Shown here in pieces: positions 19,645 to 29,509 of a DNA stretch of 64,000 nt. Numbering within the stretch: position 1 is the first letter of the stretch; the number at the start of each line of letters is the position of its first letter. A program made the translations under genes and the position numbers. The notes under the pieces are model-generated. The model did not search any database. It had not been told where the DNA came from and saw nothing but the letters and a program-made list of their open reading frames with translations. The stretch is from Bythopirellula sp. (GTDB lineage Bacteria; Planctomycetota; Planctomycetia; Pirellulales; Lacipirellulaceae): assembly GCA_965216565.1 (NCBI GenBank), contig OZ244170.1, forward strand, positions 3,360,001 through 3,424,000. The letters run 5' to 3'.

Positions 19645-21393
19645 CTACCGACTCACCCACTGGGAAAGTTCCCCCAGGTTACCCAAGTCCAAACGCACCA
19701 GTGCATCGTGGGGACAAGCATTCTGGCATGCAGGCCCCGCAGCGTGATCGGCGCACAGGTCGCATTTAGTTGCCTTGAGAATCGGCTGGCGAGAGGTTTC
19801 ATCGATTAGGATCGCACCCTGCCGGTCTCGGATCTCGACCATCCGAATGTTATCGTACGGACAACTATCCGCGCAGGTGCTACAGCCAATGCACGTCAGG
19901 TCGTTAATGCGGACGGTGCCATCGCCCGTGTCGCGGGCAATTGCCCCGGTCGGGCAACCGATCATACAGACGGGATCGACGCAATGCATGCAGGCATGGG
20001 TCACCATATACTGATTGTGTTGCATTCCGTGCCGTAGGAAACGCGGATTGTTGTCGTGCGTCGCAGCACACGCCCGCACACAATCGTCGCAGCGCGTGCA
20101 GCGATCTAAATCGATCACCATCGCCTCGCGACCGTTCATGAATCGCTTCTCGACGAGAAACTCAAGCAGCGCCGAGTCGACCTGCGGTTGCGGCACGTCG
20201 CTCGAGACTGAGGAATCAATCTCTGTTGTCTGCGGACAATAAAGCGTGTGCTTCTCGACCAAATCGTCTAGTACACTGGCCGAGATATGAGGCATGACAT
20301 GTTTGACGATCGTCTTTTGAGGGATCCGCAACACATCGACATAGCCAAGGGCCCGCAGAGAATTCGACAGTGGCACGGGCTGGCCCTCGCGAATCGAGCG
20401 AATCGTTTCCGCCAAGCCATGAACTTGCCCTTTTCCAAGATAGGCGATCGTTCGATGGCCATGGCCATGGCGATGGCTGAGCCGGGCGAAACCTGCGCGA
20501 ATGAGCGTTAGGCCATCGTTGGGCAGACCTTCCTCGACAATTAATGGCTCGTTCACAATGGCGTCAGCAGCAGGCGATTTGGTCGACGCATCAAACGCCG
20601 CCTGCCATTCAAAATTGCCATGCGTTTCGAACACCGTTGCCTCGGCCACCGCGCTCAGTTCCACTTCCGGCAATGAACCAAACAGCGGTGTTTCGCGCAA
20701 ATGAACCCGCAAGCTGCTTTCGCGGTAGAGACGCTCGATGTGGTTCCGCAGCGCCTCGGTACGGCGCATCAAATCTCTCAGTCCTTGCCAACGAATTTCC
20801 AAGAGCTGCGCGTCGCCATCGGCGAGCACCGTAGCCGCTCGGGGCATCCGCGTCATGGCAGCCAGCTCACCGAAGATTTCGCCCGCGTGCAAGCTCAGCG
20901 TGTGCGACCCGTACAACAATCGCGGCACATCCTGCAAGAAGATTCTCGGGTGCGTCGAATGGTCCGATGTAAATGTATCGGGTTGACCTGTGGCGCCCTG
21001 CGCCGACCATTGGCTGCGAACCTCCGGCAACTTGGGATTCTTCCAAAGCCGCATCATTGAACTGAGCAGACCCGGCTTTGGTTTTTCCGGACGCCCCAGC
21101 AGCAGGTCGTCTAGTCCATCCAGAACGACCTTCACACGCCCAGAGAGCACCAAGAACGCGCTATTTCCATAGTCGCCTTCTCGCACCACGATCGAACCAT
21201 CAGGAAAGTCGACCACCCGCGTGTCGTTACGCAAAATTCCTTCCAAAGGGACCGCCGCAGGAAATTCTTCGGGGTCCATACTCTCGAAAGGCTCGAACTT
21301 GAGCAATCGCTCCACGTCGGCATCGGTCATCGACTGGCCGAAGGGCGCATCCCAGCGCTGAGGTCGTGTGATGGCAATTTCGAGAGGCGCCAT
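19645..21393 (-). CDS. Two cyclic-nucleotide-binding domains fused to a DmsB/NrfC-type 4x[4Fe-4S] ferredoxin
   Basis: VREGDYG, GEIFGELA..PRAATV cNMP motifs; CTRCDDCVRAC, CMHCVDPVC, CIGCSTCADSCP, CDLC...CQNACP. Confidence 0.9.
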   Translation of the reverse strand: MAPLEIAITRPQRWDAPFGQSMTDADVERLLKFEPFESMDPEEFPAAVPLEGILRNDTRVVDFPDGSIVVREGDYGNSAFLVLSGRVKVVLDGLDDLLLGRPEKPKPGLLSSMMRLWKNPKLPEVRSQWSAQGATGQPDTFTSDHSTHPRIFLQDVPRLLYGSHTLSLHAGEIFGELAAMTRMPRAATVLADGDAQLLEIRWQGLRDLMRRTEALRNHIERLYRESSLRVHLRETPLFGSLPEVELSAVAEATVFETHGNFEWQAAFDASTKSPAADAIVNEPLIVEEGLPNDGLTLIRAGFARLSHRHGHGHRTIAYLGKGQVHGLAETIRSIREGQPVPLSNSLRALGYVDVLRIPQKTIVKHVMPHISASVLDDLVEKHTLYCPQTTEIDSSVSSDVPQPQVDSALLEFLVEKRFMNGREAMVIDLDRCTRCDDCVRACAATHDNNPRFLRHGMQHNQYMVTHACMHCVDPVCMIGCPTGAIARDTGDGTVRINDLTCIGCSTCADSCPYDNIRMVEIRDRQGAILIDETSRQPILKATKCDLCADHAAGPACQNACPHDALVRLDLGNLGELSQWVSR

Positions 21394-21408
21394 ATCTGAA
21401 GACTCTTT

Positions 21409-22425
21409 CTATTTGTAATCCTGCGGCGAAGGAAGGTAACTGTCGATCACAGCCAAGTCTTTCCCATTGGCCGTCTCGGCAAACTCACTTGCCGCGGCAC
21501 CAATCTCGTCGGCTGCGTTGACGAGTGCTTCGCTCTGCCCCAGCTTCAATGGCACCGAAAGCGCAGCGTCCACCGCATGGCTGAGATGCTCGTTCGGTAT
21601 CTGCTGAGAGATCTCATAGAGCTTGTGTTTCAACCTGGCAGCACGTTGAGCGGATGCGATGCCGTACACGTCTTTTGAGGTCGCCAACGCGGTGGCTCGA
21701 AAACTCGCTTCCAAGTCTGCCAGCATCCCCACCACATACATCACGCGGAGTCTTTCTATCGACGAGGGCACGTTGCTATTGTTGCCCGAGCGCAAAAAGT
21801 TGTGCCGCACCATTCCCTGCGACCAGGCGACCAATTCGAAATCTCCACTGCCGGTCGGATGGCCGCCGACGTTCACCAGTTGTTCGTCGGGAGCGGAATG
21901 ACAAGTCAGACATTGCCGCGCTATCAAATACAGATTGCTAGGATTATTCATGCCCGCTTCGATGCTGGCTTCAATTCTTTGCTGAGCATGCTCTGCCGAT
22001 TCCTGCGCCTTGGTCGCACTGGGCCCTCCGTAATCGTTGTGTAGTGGCACCCAATCCATTCCGGCACCATGGCACGACTCGCAGGAAATCCCCGAGACAA
22101 CCCTGACCCGCTCACCCTTCTGCTGCTGTGTGTAATGACACTTCACGCACACGTCGTTTCGCTTGACGCTGGAAAGATCGAGCCGCTTGGCGATTTCCTT
22201 CGCTTTTGGATTTCGATGCAGAGTTTCGAATGTCGCAAAGTGCGGAGTTTGCTGCCACTGCTGCACTTCCGACTCGTGGCACTTCGCGCACGATTCGGCT
22301 CCCAGGACCTTTGCGGGATCGCAGTCGATTTCCACACTATATTTACTCTCGGCACGAACGCTGCTCCCTGCGCACAGTGCCCAGCACGCGAGGAGAATAG
22401 CGATCGTTGTTTTACGCACTTTCAT
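21409..22425 (-). CDS. Periplasmic tetraheme c-type cytochrome (c554/c552-like)
   Basis: Signal peptide; CAKCH, CVKCH, CESCH, CLTCH. Confidence 0.88.
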   Translation of the reverse strand: MKVRKTTIAILLACWALCAGSSVRAESKYSVEIDCDPAKVLGAESCAKCHESEVQQWQQTPHFATFETLHRNPKAKEIAKRLDLSSVKRNDVCVKCHYTQQQKGERVRVVSGISCESCHGAGMDWVPLHNDYGGPSATKAQESAEHAQQRIEASIEAGMNNPSNLYLIARQCLTCHSAPDEQLVNVGGHPTGSGDFELVAWSQGMVRHNFLRSGNNSNVPSSIERLRVMYVVGMLADLEASFRATALATSKDVYGIASAQRAARLKHKLYEISQQIPNEHLSHAVDAALSVPLKLGQSEALVNAADEIGAAASEFAETANGKDLAVIDSYLPSPQDYK

Positions 22426-22483
22426 AACCTATTCCGTATTGGCATTTTGTTTCGCATCGAGGAAAAATATCTTCCATGTTTTT

Positions 22484-22523
22484 CCTCCCCTCACCTAACC
22501 TCTCCCCAAAGGGGCGAGGGACT
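22484..22523. repeat. REP-like hairpin
   Basis: CCCCTCACCTAACCTCTCCCCAAAGGGGCGAGGGG intergenic palindrome. Confidence 0.6.
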
Positions 22524-22550
22524 GTAGGAGTAGATATTTTTCCTTGATGC

Positions 22551-23804
22551 TCACGCCTCTAACACCAAGTCTTCTTCCGGCACGGCGATACAAGCCAAAC
22601 ATTCCTTTTCGCTCACCGTGATCCCAGGTTGTTTTATATGAGCAAACTTTCCAGACCGCACCGCCGTTACGCACTGCCCACAGTTCCCGGCTCGGCACCC
22701 GGACTCCAGCCGCACCCCGTTAGACTCCGCGAAATCGAGAAGTGTCGAATCACTTTCTGTCCACACGGCCGCTTTATTTGTCTTCGCAAAGTTGATATTC
22801 CGTGGACCGGTGTTGCGATTCTTGCGATAGCGTTTCACACTCGCTGGACCAAAGGCCTCGAAATATATGTGATCGTCCGGCACACCCCAATCGAGTAACG
22901 CTGGCACCAGGGCTTCCATCATCGCCGGTGGACCACAGATGTAGAAGCGAAAGTTGTTCGACGGTAACACCTCGCGCAGACGCTGCAAATCGATATAGCC
23001 TCGTTGGTCGAAATCGCGTCCATTTCGGTCCCCCGGCATGGGTCGCGAATAGCTCACGTCGAGCTTGATATTGTCGTGCCGACTACATAGGTCGCGCATC
23101 GGCTCAGCAAAGGGATGCTCACGGCTATTGCGAAACCCAGTGAATACATACACCTGTCGTTCGTTGCGGTCGTGCACGATCGAGTTGATCATGCTCATCA
23201 CCGGCGTCACGCCAATTCCGCCCCCAATCAGAACAACAGGCACCTCGTCCCGCGGATCGAGAAAGAAGGCTCCCTGCGGGGCTCGGACGTCGAGTTGCGA
23301 ACCGACCTCCACTTGTTGGTGAAAGTACGTGCTCCCCTGCCCCGGCGGCAATGTCGGATTGTCGGTGGGTGGCTGAGCATGCTTGATCGTTATGCGATAG
23401 TAGTCTTCACGTGGCCGATCGGAGAGGGAGTAACAACGCACCAGCGCCGCTTGTTCGGTGGCAACCGGTAATTCGAACGTCAGATATTGGCCTGGCTCGA
23501 AACGCGCCAAGGGTCGTCCGTCTTCGGGCAGTAGATAATACGACTTACAGTCAATGGCTTCGTCTACGATCGCTGCCACCTGCATGGGCCTGGTTCCTGT
23601 CCAGGCCTTAAGCATCGGCTTGACGGCCCGCGCCCAATTCAACACGGCCCGTAGTTGCTGATCGAATAGTAGTCGCTGATTTCGATAGCGAATTTGCGTC
23701 TGGCCATTTCGCCGACGGGCGCGCCACACCGCCCACAGCAACTGCATTCCAGCTACTCCTAACAGCGCGGTCCCTGCGATTGTGCCCATCGAATGCCAGT
23801 CCAC
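22551..23804 (-). CDS. FAD/NAD(P)-binding oxidoreductase with C-terminal 2Fe-2S ferredoxin and N-terminal TM helix
   Basis: RCYSL FAD motif, GGGIGVTP, YICGPPAMM, FEAFG, CRAGNCGQC...C; start GTG 23804 (alternatives 23789, 23822). Confidence 0.9.
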   Translation of the reverse strand: MDWHSMGTIAGTALLGVAGMQLLWAVWRARRRNGQTQIRYRNQRLLFDQQLRAVLNWARAVKPMLKAWTGTRPMQVAAIVDEAIDCKSYYLLPEDGRPLARFEPGQYLTFELPVATEQAALVRCYSLSDRPREDYYRITIKHAQPPTDNPTLPPGQGSTYFHQQVEVGSQLDVRAPQGAFFLDPRDEVPVVLIGGGIGVTPVMSMINSIVHDRNERQVYVFTGFRNSREHPFAEPMRDLCSRHDNIKLDVSYSRPMPGDRNGRDFDQRGYIDLQRLREVLPSNNFRFYICGPPAMMEALVPALLDWGVPDDHIYFEAFGPASVKRYRKNRNTGPRNINFAKTNKAAVWTESDSTLLDFAESNGVRLESGCRAGNCGQCVTAVRSGKFAHIKQPGITVSEKECLACIAVPEEDLVLEA

Positions 23805-23995
23805 TTCGCTTCCTTGCCTCAAGCCGCGATTCGCTGCGGAGTCGTAGATCTTTCCGCCAGCAATTTCGCACCCAAACCCGCCAACCCCCCAGAATGCTTG
23901 TCGTATGCTACTGACAGCATTGACATTATTTCTGAACCTACGATTGCTGTCGATAACAATCGCGATGCTAGCAAGTGGCGATCAATGGATACATC

Positions 23996-25300
23996 CTAGC
24001 GGGACTTCGAATCCTTAGGATGCGTGGCAATCTCTTGCTGGGCGTCCTCAGAGGGAACCGGCCCGACTCTCGGCAATGGCAATGAGCCCGCCATCTCGTT
24101 GGCTTCGCGAGAACCAGGAATCCAGCTTCGTGCAGGCTGGGAGAGCACTTGCACCATCAATGTCACCGGCAAATTAGAATACTCTGGCTCAACAAGAATT
24201 GGCTCCCCCCCCGCCGCCACCATACACCCGGGAGCACCGTCGTTGATGGATTGACAGCGACCTACGATCGTTAACCCTGCACTGGTGAGATGAAATCCGC
24301 AAGAGAGTTCGTCGAAAGCCACACTTGCTGCTTCAACTAGATTTGCTTTAGGTCCAACCTTGCAATACAGTCGCTCGGCAAACGCTTGGAGAAGCGAAGA
24401 ACTCATGCTCCCCGCACTGGCCACCAGGCTCCCATGGGCCACCTCGATTCGACCGCCGACCCAGCGCAGTTGTTCGAGTTCCATATCGATGGTGGCTTCG
24501 AGACGATGATCGGCGGTGGGCTCGAACCATGCTTGGGCATTCAGATCTTCGAAGCGGCCGTCCAAAGATCCATGCAGTTGGTCAAATTCGCTTTCAAGCT
24601 GCAGAACGCCCGAGTATGTCGAGCCTTCGCAAGTCGCAATGCCTGGCAACACACTTCGCAATAACCAACTCGGGAGTCGCTCTCCGCCCGTATCGAGAAT
24701 TGCCGAGGTCGTCGTGCCCGATCGCTCGGCAATGATCTTAATCGTGGACGATGCCGTGGCATCTTCCTCGACCGGCAACTCTGCCTGAGCGACTAATTTG
24801 CCCAGTGGCTGCGCTCCTCGTTCTGAAAAGCAACGCAATTTCATCAGCGAGATTCGTTCGGCATTCGCACCGATGATCTGCACGGCTTTTGCTTGCAATT
24901 GGCATGGTGGTAGATCGCTGGCCGATAGGGCCGTGGATAGTGTCTCAGCCAATGCCGGGAAACTCTTGGCGGCAATTTCTAGCTGATCTGTATCGAGTAC
25001 CAACCGCGGACCACGCCAATAGACGCGCACCTTGTCGATGGCACCGAGTGGATACCCGGTGTGCAGATCGGCCAGCGTCACTTGACGAAGATGCGTTGTG
25101 CCGGGGCGGGGCGAGTTGACCTCTCCCACCTCTACTTGCACATGCAGCTGTTGTGAGATGGCTTGCTGCCAATCGACTTCTCGCCAGGGACGCAATGAGT
25201 ACGCCATCCACAGCAGGGTCGCAATCGCAGGAATCAACGCGCACAGCAAGAAAAGCGCGCGACAAACAATCCGCTGAGTTGATTCGTGCATCGAGAACAT
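23996..25300 (-). CDS. Hypothetical membrane-anchored protein
   Basis: 434 aa ORF, N-terminal TM helix, GGAG RBS. Confidence 0.7.
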   Translation of the reverse strand: MFSMHESTQRIVCRALFLLCALIPAIATLLWMAYSLRPWREVDWQQAISQQLHVQVEVGEVNSPRPGTTHLRQVTLADLHTGYPLGAIDKVRVYWRGPRLVLDTDQLEIAAKSFPALAETLSTALSASDLPPCQLQAKAVQIIGANAERISLMKLRCFSERGAQPLGKLVAQAELPVEEDATASSTIKIIAERSGTTTSAILDTGGERLPSWLLRSVLPGIATCEGSTYSGVLQLESEFDQLHGSLDGRFEDLNAQAWFEPTADHRLEATIDMELEQLRWVGGRIEVAHGSLVASAGSMSSSLLQAFAERLYCKVGPKANLVEAASVAFDELSCGFHLTSAGLTIVGRCQSINDGAPGCMVAAGGEPILVEPEYSNLPVTLMVQVLSQPARSWIPGSREANEMAGSLPLPRVGPVPSEDAQQEIATHPKDSKSR

Positions 25301-25432
25301 CCATGTCTCCCGAAAAATCGAAAATGTAAGATCGAAGATTGTTGATGTGCTCGTTTAGGCACAGGCCTAAGCACTATCAACATGAATTACGTCTACAATC
25401 TCACATCAAACATCCAACTTCTACTGTTATCT

Positions 25433-26572
25433 CTATCTCTCTCGAGCCATTTGCAGAAATAGCTCGTAGCGGCCTAGCATTTCCGGCAAACTGTCGCTGC
25501 CAAACTTCTCGACCACCGCACAGGCAATCTCAAAGGCGACTACGTTTTCCACAATCACACTCGCTGCGGAAATCGCACACACGTCGCTTCGCTCGTAGCT
25601 AGCCGACTCTGACTCTTTTGTGTCTAGGTTGACTGACTCTAACGGCTTGGCCAACGTGCTAATCGGTTTCTTTGCAGCGCGAATTACAATCGGCTGGCCG
25701 TTGGTCATCCCTGCTTCAAGCCCGCCCGCGTTGTTGGTCGGTCGCTCGTAGCCCAGCGATGAAGTCTCTTTCTTGCTCTCATCATACTGAATAGGATCGT
25801 GTACCTGCGAACCGGGCCGCCGCGCGGCTTCGAAACCTAGTCCGATCTCCACGCCTTTGATGGCCTGCACCGCCATCACTGCCTGGGCGAGTCGGCCATC
25901 GAGTTTGCGATCCCACTGGGCATGGGTGCCCAGGCCGAACGGAATGCCGTCGACCCGCACCTCCACGATGCCGCCCAAGGTATCGCCCTGTTTGCCGGCT
26001 TCGTCAATCATCTTTTTAATCGCCGGATCCCGATCGAGATTGAGGCCGTACAGTTCGCTCTTGTCCCGGATGGCTTTGAGCTCGTCCACGGTGCCATCGA
26101 CCGGTTCAATTTTTTCGCCGCCCACTTCCACGACGTAGCCGAACACAGTCATGTCAAACGCCGCGAGCAGTTGCTTGGCGAGCGCACCGGCTGCAACCCG
26201 CACGGCGGTTTCGCGGGCCGAGGCTCGTTCGAGAATGCCGCGAATACTACCCAAAAACTTCACTGCCCCGGTCAAATCGCCATGCCCGGGCCGCGGCCGC
26301 GGCAGATCGTCGAGCCGCTCCAGTTTGTAATCGCGATTAATCACTTCCAGCGCGATGGGACTTCCCAGCGAAATACCTTTCCAAATCCCCGTGCGGACGT
26401 CGACCTTGTCGGTCTCAATCCGCTGGCGACCACCGCGGCCATAGCCTCCTTGACGACGCTTGAGTTCCACATCGATCAGGTCGGTATCAATCTCGACACC
26501 CGCAGGAAACCCATCGACCAAGGCCAGCAGGGTCTTGCCATGAGATTCTCCAGCGGTCAAATAACGCAACAT
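25433..26572 (-). CDS. aroC: Chorismate synthase
   Basis: TAGESHG, RPRPGHGD, ERASARETA, RSDVC. Confidence 0.97.
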   Translation of the reverse strand: MLRYLTAGESHGKTLLALVDGFPAGVEIDTDLIDVELKRRQGGYGRGGRQRIETDKVDVRTGIWKGISLGSPIALEVINRDYKLERLDDLPRPRPGHGDLTGAVKFLGSIRGILERASARETAVRVAAGALAKQLLAAFDMTVFGYVVEVGGEKIEPVDGTVDELKAIRDKSELYGLNLDRDPAIKKMIDEAGKQGDTLGGIVEVRVDGIPFGLGTHAQWDRKLDGRLAQAVMAVQAIKGVEIGLGFEAARRPGSQVHDPIQYDESKKETSSLGYERPTNNAGGLEAGMTNGQPIVIRAAKKPISTLAKPLESVNLDTKESESASYERSDVCAISAASVIVENVVAFEIACAVVEKFGSDSLPEMLGRYELFLQMARER

Positions 26573-26794
26573 CTTGTACCTGGTTGAGTTGGGCGATTCC
26601 GACGATTTTCCAGCGGAAGAGTAGGTTCCAGCCGTCGCGGTCGCAAGGCGAACAAACCATCGATTCTACACTGGCGAAGCTTGGCAGGATAGGCAGACAG
26701 ATTGACAAGCTAGCAGAAAACGTTTTGTCTTGAGCTCGAATAGAAGCTGAAAAAGATTAAGAGCGAGACGGGCTGAAGCAGGCTGGAAATACGA

Positions 26795-28198
26795 TCATCG
26801 TCTTCGCTTGTATTGTGAAAGCGCTTCTGCAATATCCTTGTCTGAAGGTTCGGGATCGATATTTGCATAATAACGCAAATAGCCATTGAGAATTTGTTTA
26901 CTACTTTTGTCGAACAATTCAAAATCTACGGAGAAACTTAACAGAGTTGAGTCATCAGACTCAAACGCAACTTCGTAGACCTTGAAATACCCCCGACCAG
27001 TAACTTTTGGAGAAGTGTTACTTGTTAACTGTAAGGCCGGCTGGCTTAGAACGTAATCACTGAGAGGAGAAGATAGTCGATACTCTTTTGGCCTTAAAGG
27101 TAAACCGTATGGAGTTCGAATTATTATCTGCCACCAGTTCTTGTCGCTCTCACTTGTATGATTAATAGTGAACCACATTGCACCAGCTTCGATACGTAAA
27201 ACCTTTATCTCTAGGCCATCATCGGGTTCAATGAATGATACCGCTAGTTCATCATCTTCAAGATTACTTCTCACCAACGCAAAGTAGGTCTTTGTTTTCG
27301 AATCATTTTTGAAAGAATTGCTGTCTTGTGAGATGTCAGCTGGCAACTCGGAAGATTCTTCTCTGAGAAATCCTGGAACACTGTCATCTCTCCTTCCCCG
27401 ACAATAGAGATACGGTCTCTTCTTAATCTCAGGCAACAGTGATTCTAGACCCAACACTCTGCCATCATTGCAGACATACATACCTTCGAGAGTACTAGAG
27501 TTAGTTTCTCTAGGCAGCAAATGGACGCTTGTATCAGCCAAAGCAAATAAAAAGTTGTTCTGTTCGCCTCTGACCCCAATGCCCTCATTAGGATTATCGC
27601 GATTCCAATTAAAGTCTTGAGGGGAGGTCCATACCATCGAATTCGCACGATCTACTTCTATGACACTGATAGTATTCGAGGTCCCATCGTTACAACTACC
27701 AACTCTACTTCTACCAGTGTGTCTGAAAAAGCTCTGCTCTCCACCAACTGCCAGATAATTAGTAAAGCCTCTTCTAGACTCATGCCTCGGAGATCGATAC
27801 ACCTCGGGCATCTCTGCAATCAATCGTTTGTTGGATTGACTATCCCAGGCTTCGTCCAACTTAAACTTTGAATAGAGTTGGTCTTCACCGAGCATCGGCA
27901 GTAGAGCCACCCGCCAACTTAGGCCCGGCTCTCCGTCTCTCGTCTTTAGGCAGTAGAGGGGTAAATTTGGTTTATTGTCCAATTGCCAGTATGCCAATGC
28001 TTTTGCAATGACGGCTAGATTTCCTGCCGAGTTCTTCATTGCTAACACAGTTTCAGATGAGGACTCGTTCTGCACTAAAGTATTTGCAGCATCTGCTTTA
28101 GTCACTTCTGCGCTTAAGAAACCAGAATCTATCACAAGCACAATCGTAGCGACAACGAAGTAGTATAATCTGAATATGATAAATCGTAGTGTGCTCAT
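26795..28198 (-). CDS. DUF1559-like secreted protein with extra C-terminal domain
   Basis: LSWRVALLPML, LDEAWDS, DGTSNTI motifs; visibly AT-rich. Confidence 0.7.
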   Translation of the reverse strand: MSTLRFIIFRLYYFVVATIVLVIDSGFLSAEVTKADAANTLVQNESSSETVLAMKNSAGNLAVIAKALAYWQLDNKPNLPLYCLKTRDGEPGLSWRVALLPMLGEDQLYSKFKLDEAWDSQSNKRLIAEMPEVYRSPRHESRRGFTNYLAVGGEQSFFRHTGRSRVGSCNDGTSNTISVIEVDRANSMVWTSPQDFNWNRDNPNEGIGVRGEQNNFLFALADTSVHLLPRETNSSTLEGMYVCNDGRVLGLESLLPEIKKRPYLYCRGRRDDSVPGFLREESSELPADISQDSNSFKNDSKTKTYFALVRSNLEDDELAVSFIEPDDGLEIKVLRIEAGAMWFTINHTSESDKNWWQIIIRTPYGLPLRPKEYRLSSPLSDYVLSQPALQLTSNTSPKVTGRGYFKVYEVAFESDDSTLLSFSVDFELFDKSSKQILNGYLRYYANIDPEPSDKDIAEALSQYKRRR

Positions 28199-28318
28199 TC
28201 TTCTATCGACTTGACAATTAAGAGATTCAATAACTACTAGCGATCCTGATCGATATTACTACCAATAGGGGATTAAGAATTGACACGCCAAAGAAATTTC
28301 TTGAATTCGCATAGTTAC

Positions 28319-29212
28319 TCACCCCCACCCAAACTGCTTACCCGTAATCCGCTCACACGCTTCGATATACTTCCCGCGGGTACCAGCAATCACATCAGCG
28401 GGCAACTCCGGAGGCGGACTGTTTTTGTCCCAGCCGCTGTTGGAAAGCCAATCGCGGACGAATTGTTTGTCGAACGATGCCTGCGCTCGCCCCGGCTCGT
28501 AATCGTCGGCGGGCCAGAATCGCGAGCTATCGGGCGTCATCACTTCGTCGATCAGAATCAATTCGCCATCGACCTGACCGAACTCGAACTTGGTGTCGGC
28601 AAGAATGATTCCCTGCGCGGCAGCGTGTGCGACACCCTGGTTGTAGATGGCTAGGCTCGTCTCGCGTAACTGCTCGGCTAGCTCGTTGCCGATGCGGCGT
28701 TTCATCTCCTCAAATGAAATGTTGATATCGTGTGCGCCCACTTCCTCTTTCGTGGCCGGTGTAAAAATTGGTTCGGGCAACTGCTCACTTTCCACCAGCC
28801 CCGCCGGTAGCTCGACTCCACAGACTTGACCATTCTGCTGATACTCCTGCCAACCGGAACCGGAAAGGTAGCCTCGCACCACGCACTCAATGGGCACCAC
28901 GTCTGTTTTGCGCACCAAGATCGTCCGCCCAGCTAGCGATTCGCGATCCGCCCCGTCGGGCAAATCCATCTTCTGCACGTCGGTCTCAATCAAATGGTGT
29001 GTCGTGCCGAGCCGGTCGAACCAAAAATTACTCACCTGCGTCAGCACGCGGCCTTTGTCCGGAACTGCGGAGGGAAGCACCCAGTCGAATGCGCTAATGC
29101 GATCGGTCGAAACGATCAGCAACCGATCGCCGAGATCATAGACGTCGCGGACCTTGCCCCTTTTCAGCGGCAGGTCGGGCAGATTGGTTTCCAACACAGG
29201 GGCTGCCGTCAT
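28319..29212 (-). CDS. purC: SAICAR synthetase
   Basis: [45 protein letters not shown]. Confidence 0.97.
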   Translation of the reverse strand: MTAAPVLETNLPDLPLKRGKVRDVYDLGDRLLIVSTDRISAFDWVLPSAVPDKGRVLTQVSNFWFDRLGTTHHLIETDVQKMDLPDGADRESLAGRTILVRKTDVVPIECVVRGYLSGSGWQEYQQNGQVCGVELPAGLVESEQLPEPIFTPATKEEVGAHDINISFEEMKRRIGNELAEQLRETSLAIYNQGVAHAAAQGIILADTKFEFGQVDGELILIDEVMTPDSSRFWPADDYEPGRAQASFDKQFVRDWLSNSGWDKNSPPPELPADVIAGTRGKYIEACERITGKQFGWG

Positions 29213-29509
29213 AGGAATTCCCACTAGAAATCTCAGGGCTTTGCCGCAAAGTTTGCGGATGGACATGAATATACCGAGTAACGCCAGCCGCCGTCAGCCC
29301 TCCCCCTTCCGCCTCCCCGATTCCGCCCCCGGAAGGCATCCCGCGCCGAGCATTTTGCTGCTAAACTAAGAGCCACAGATCAATTGTCCTTCGACACGTA
29401 ACGCATTCGAGAAGCTCGCAACTTCGCCTCAGCGAGTCTCCTAAGGAGACCTGCACCCCGAGGGTATGGCCAGGAAACATTGCGGGACTAGAGACACGGG
29501 ATATCCGCG

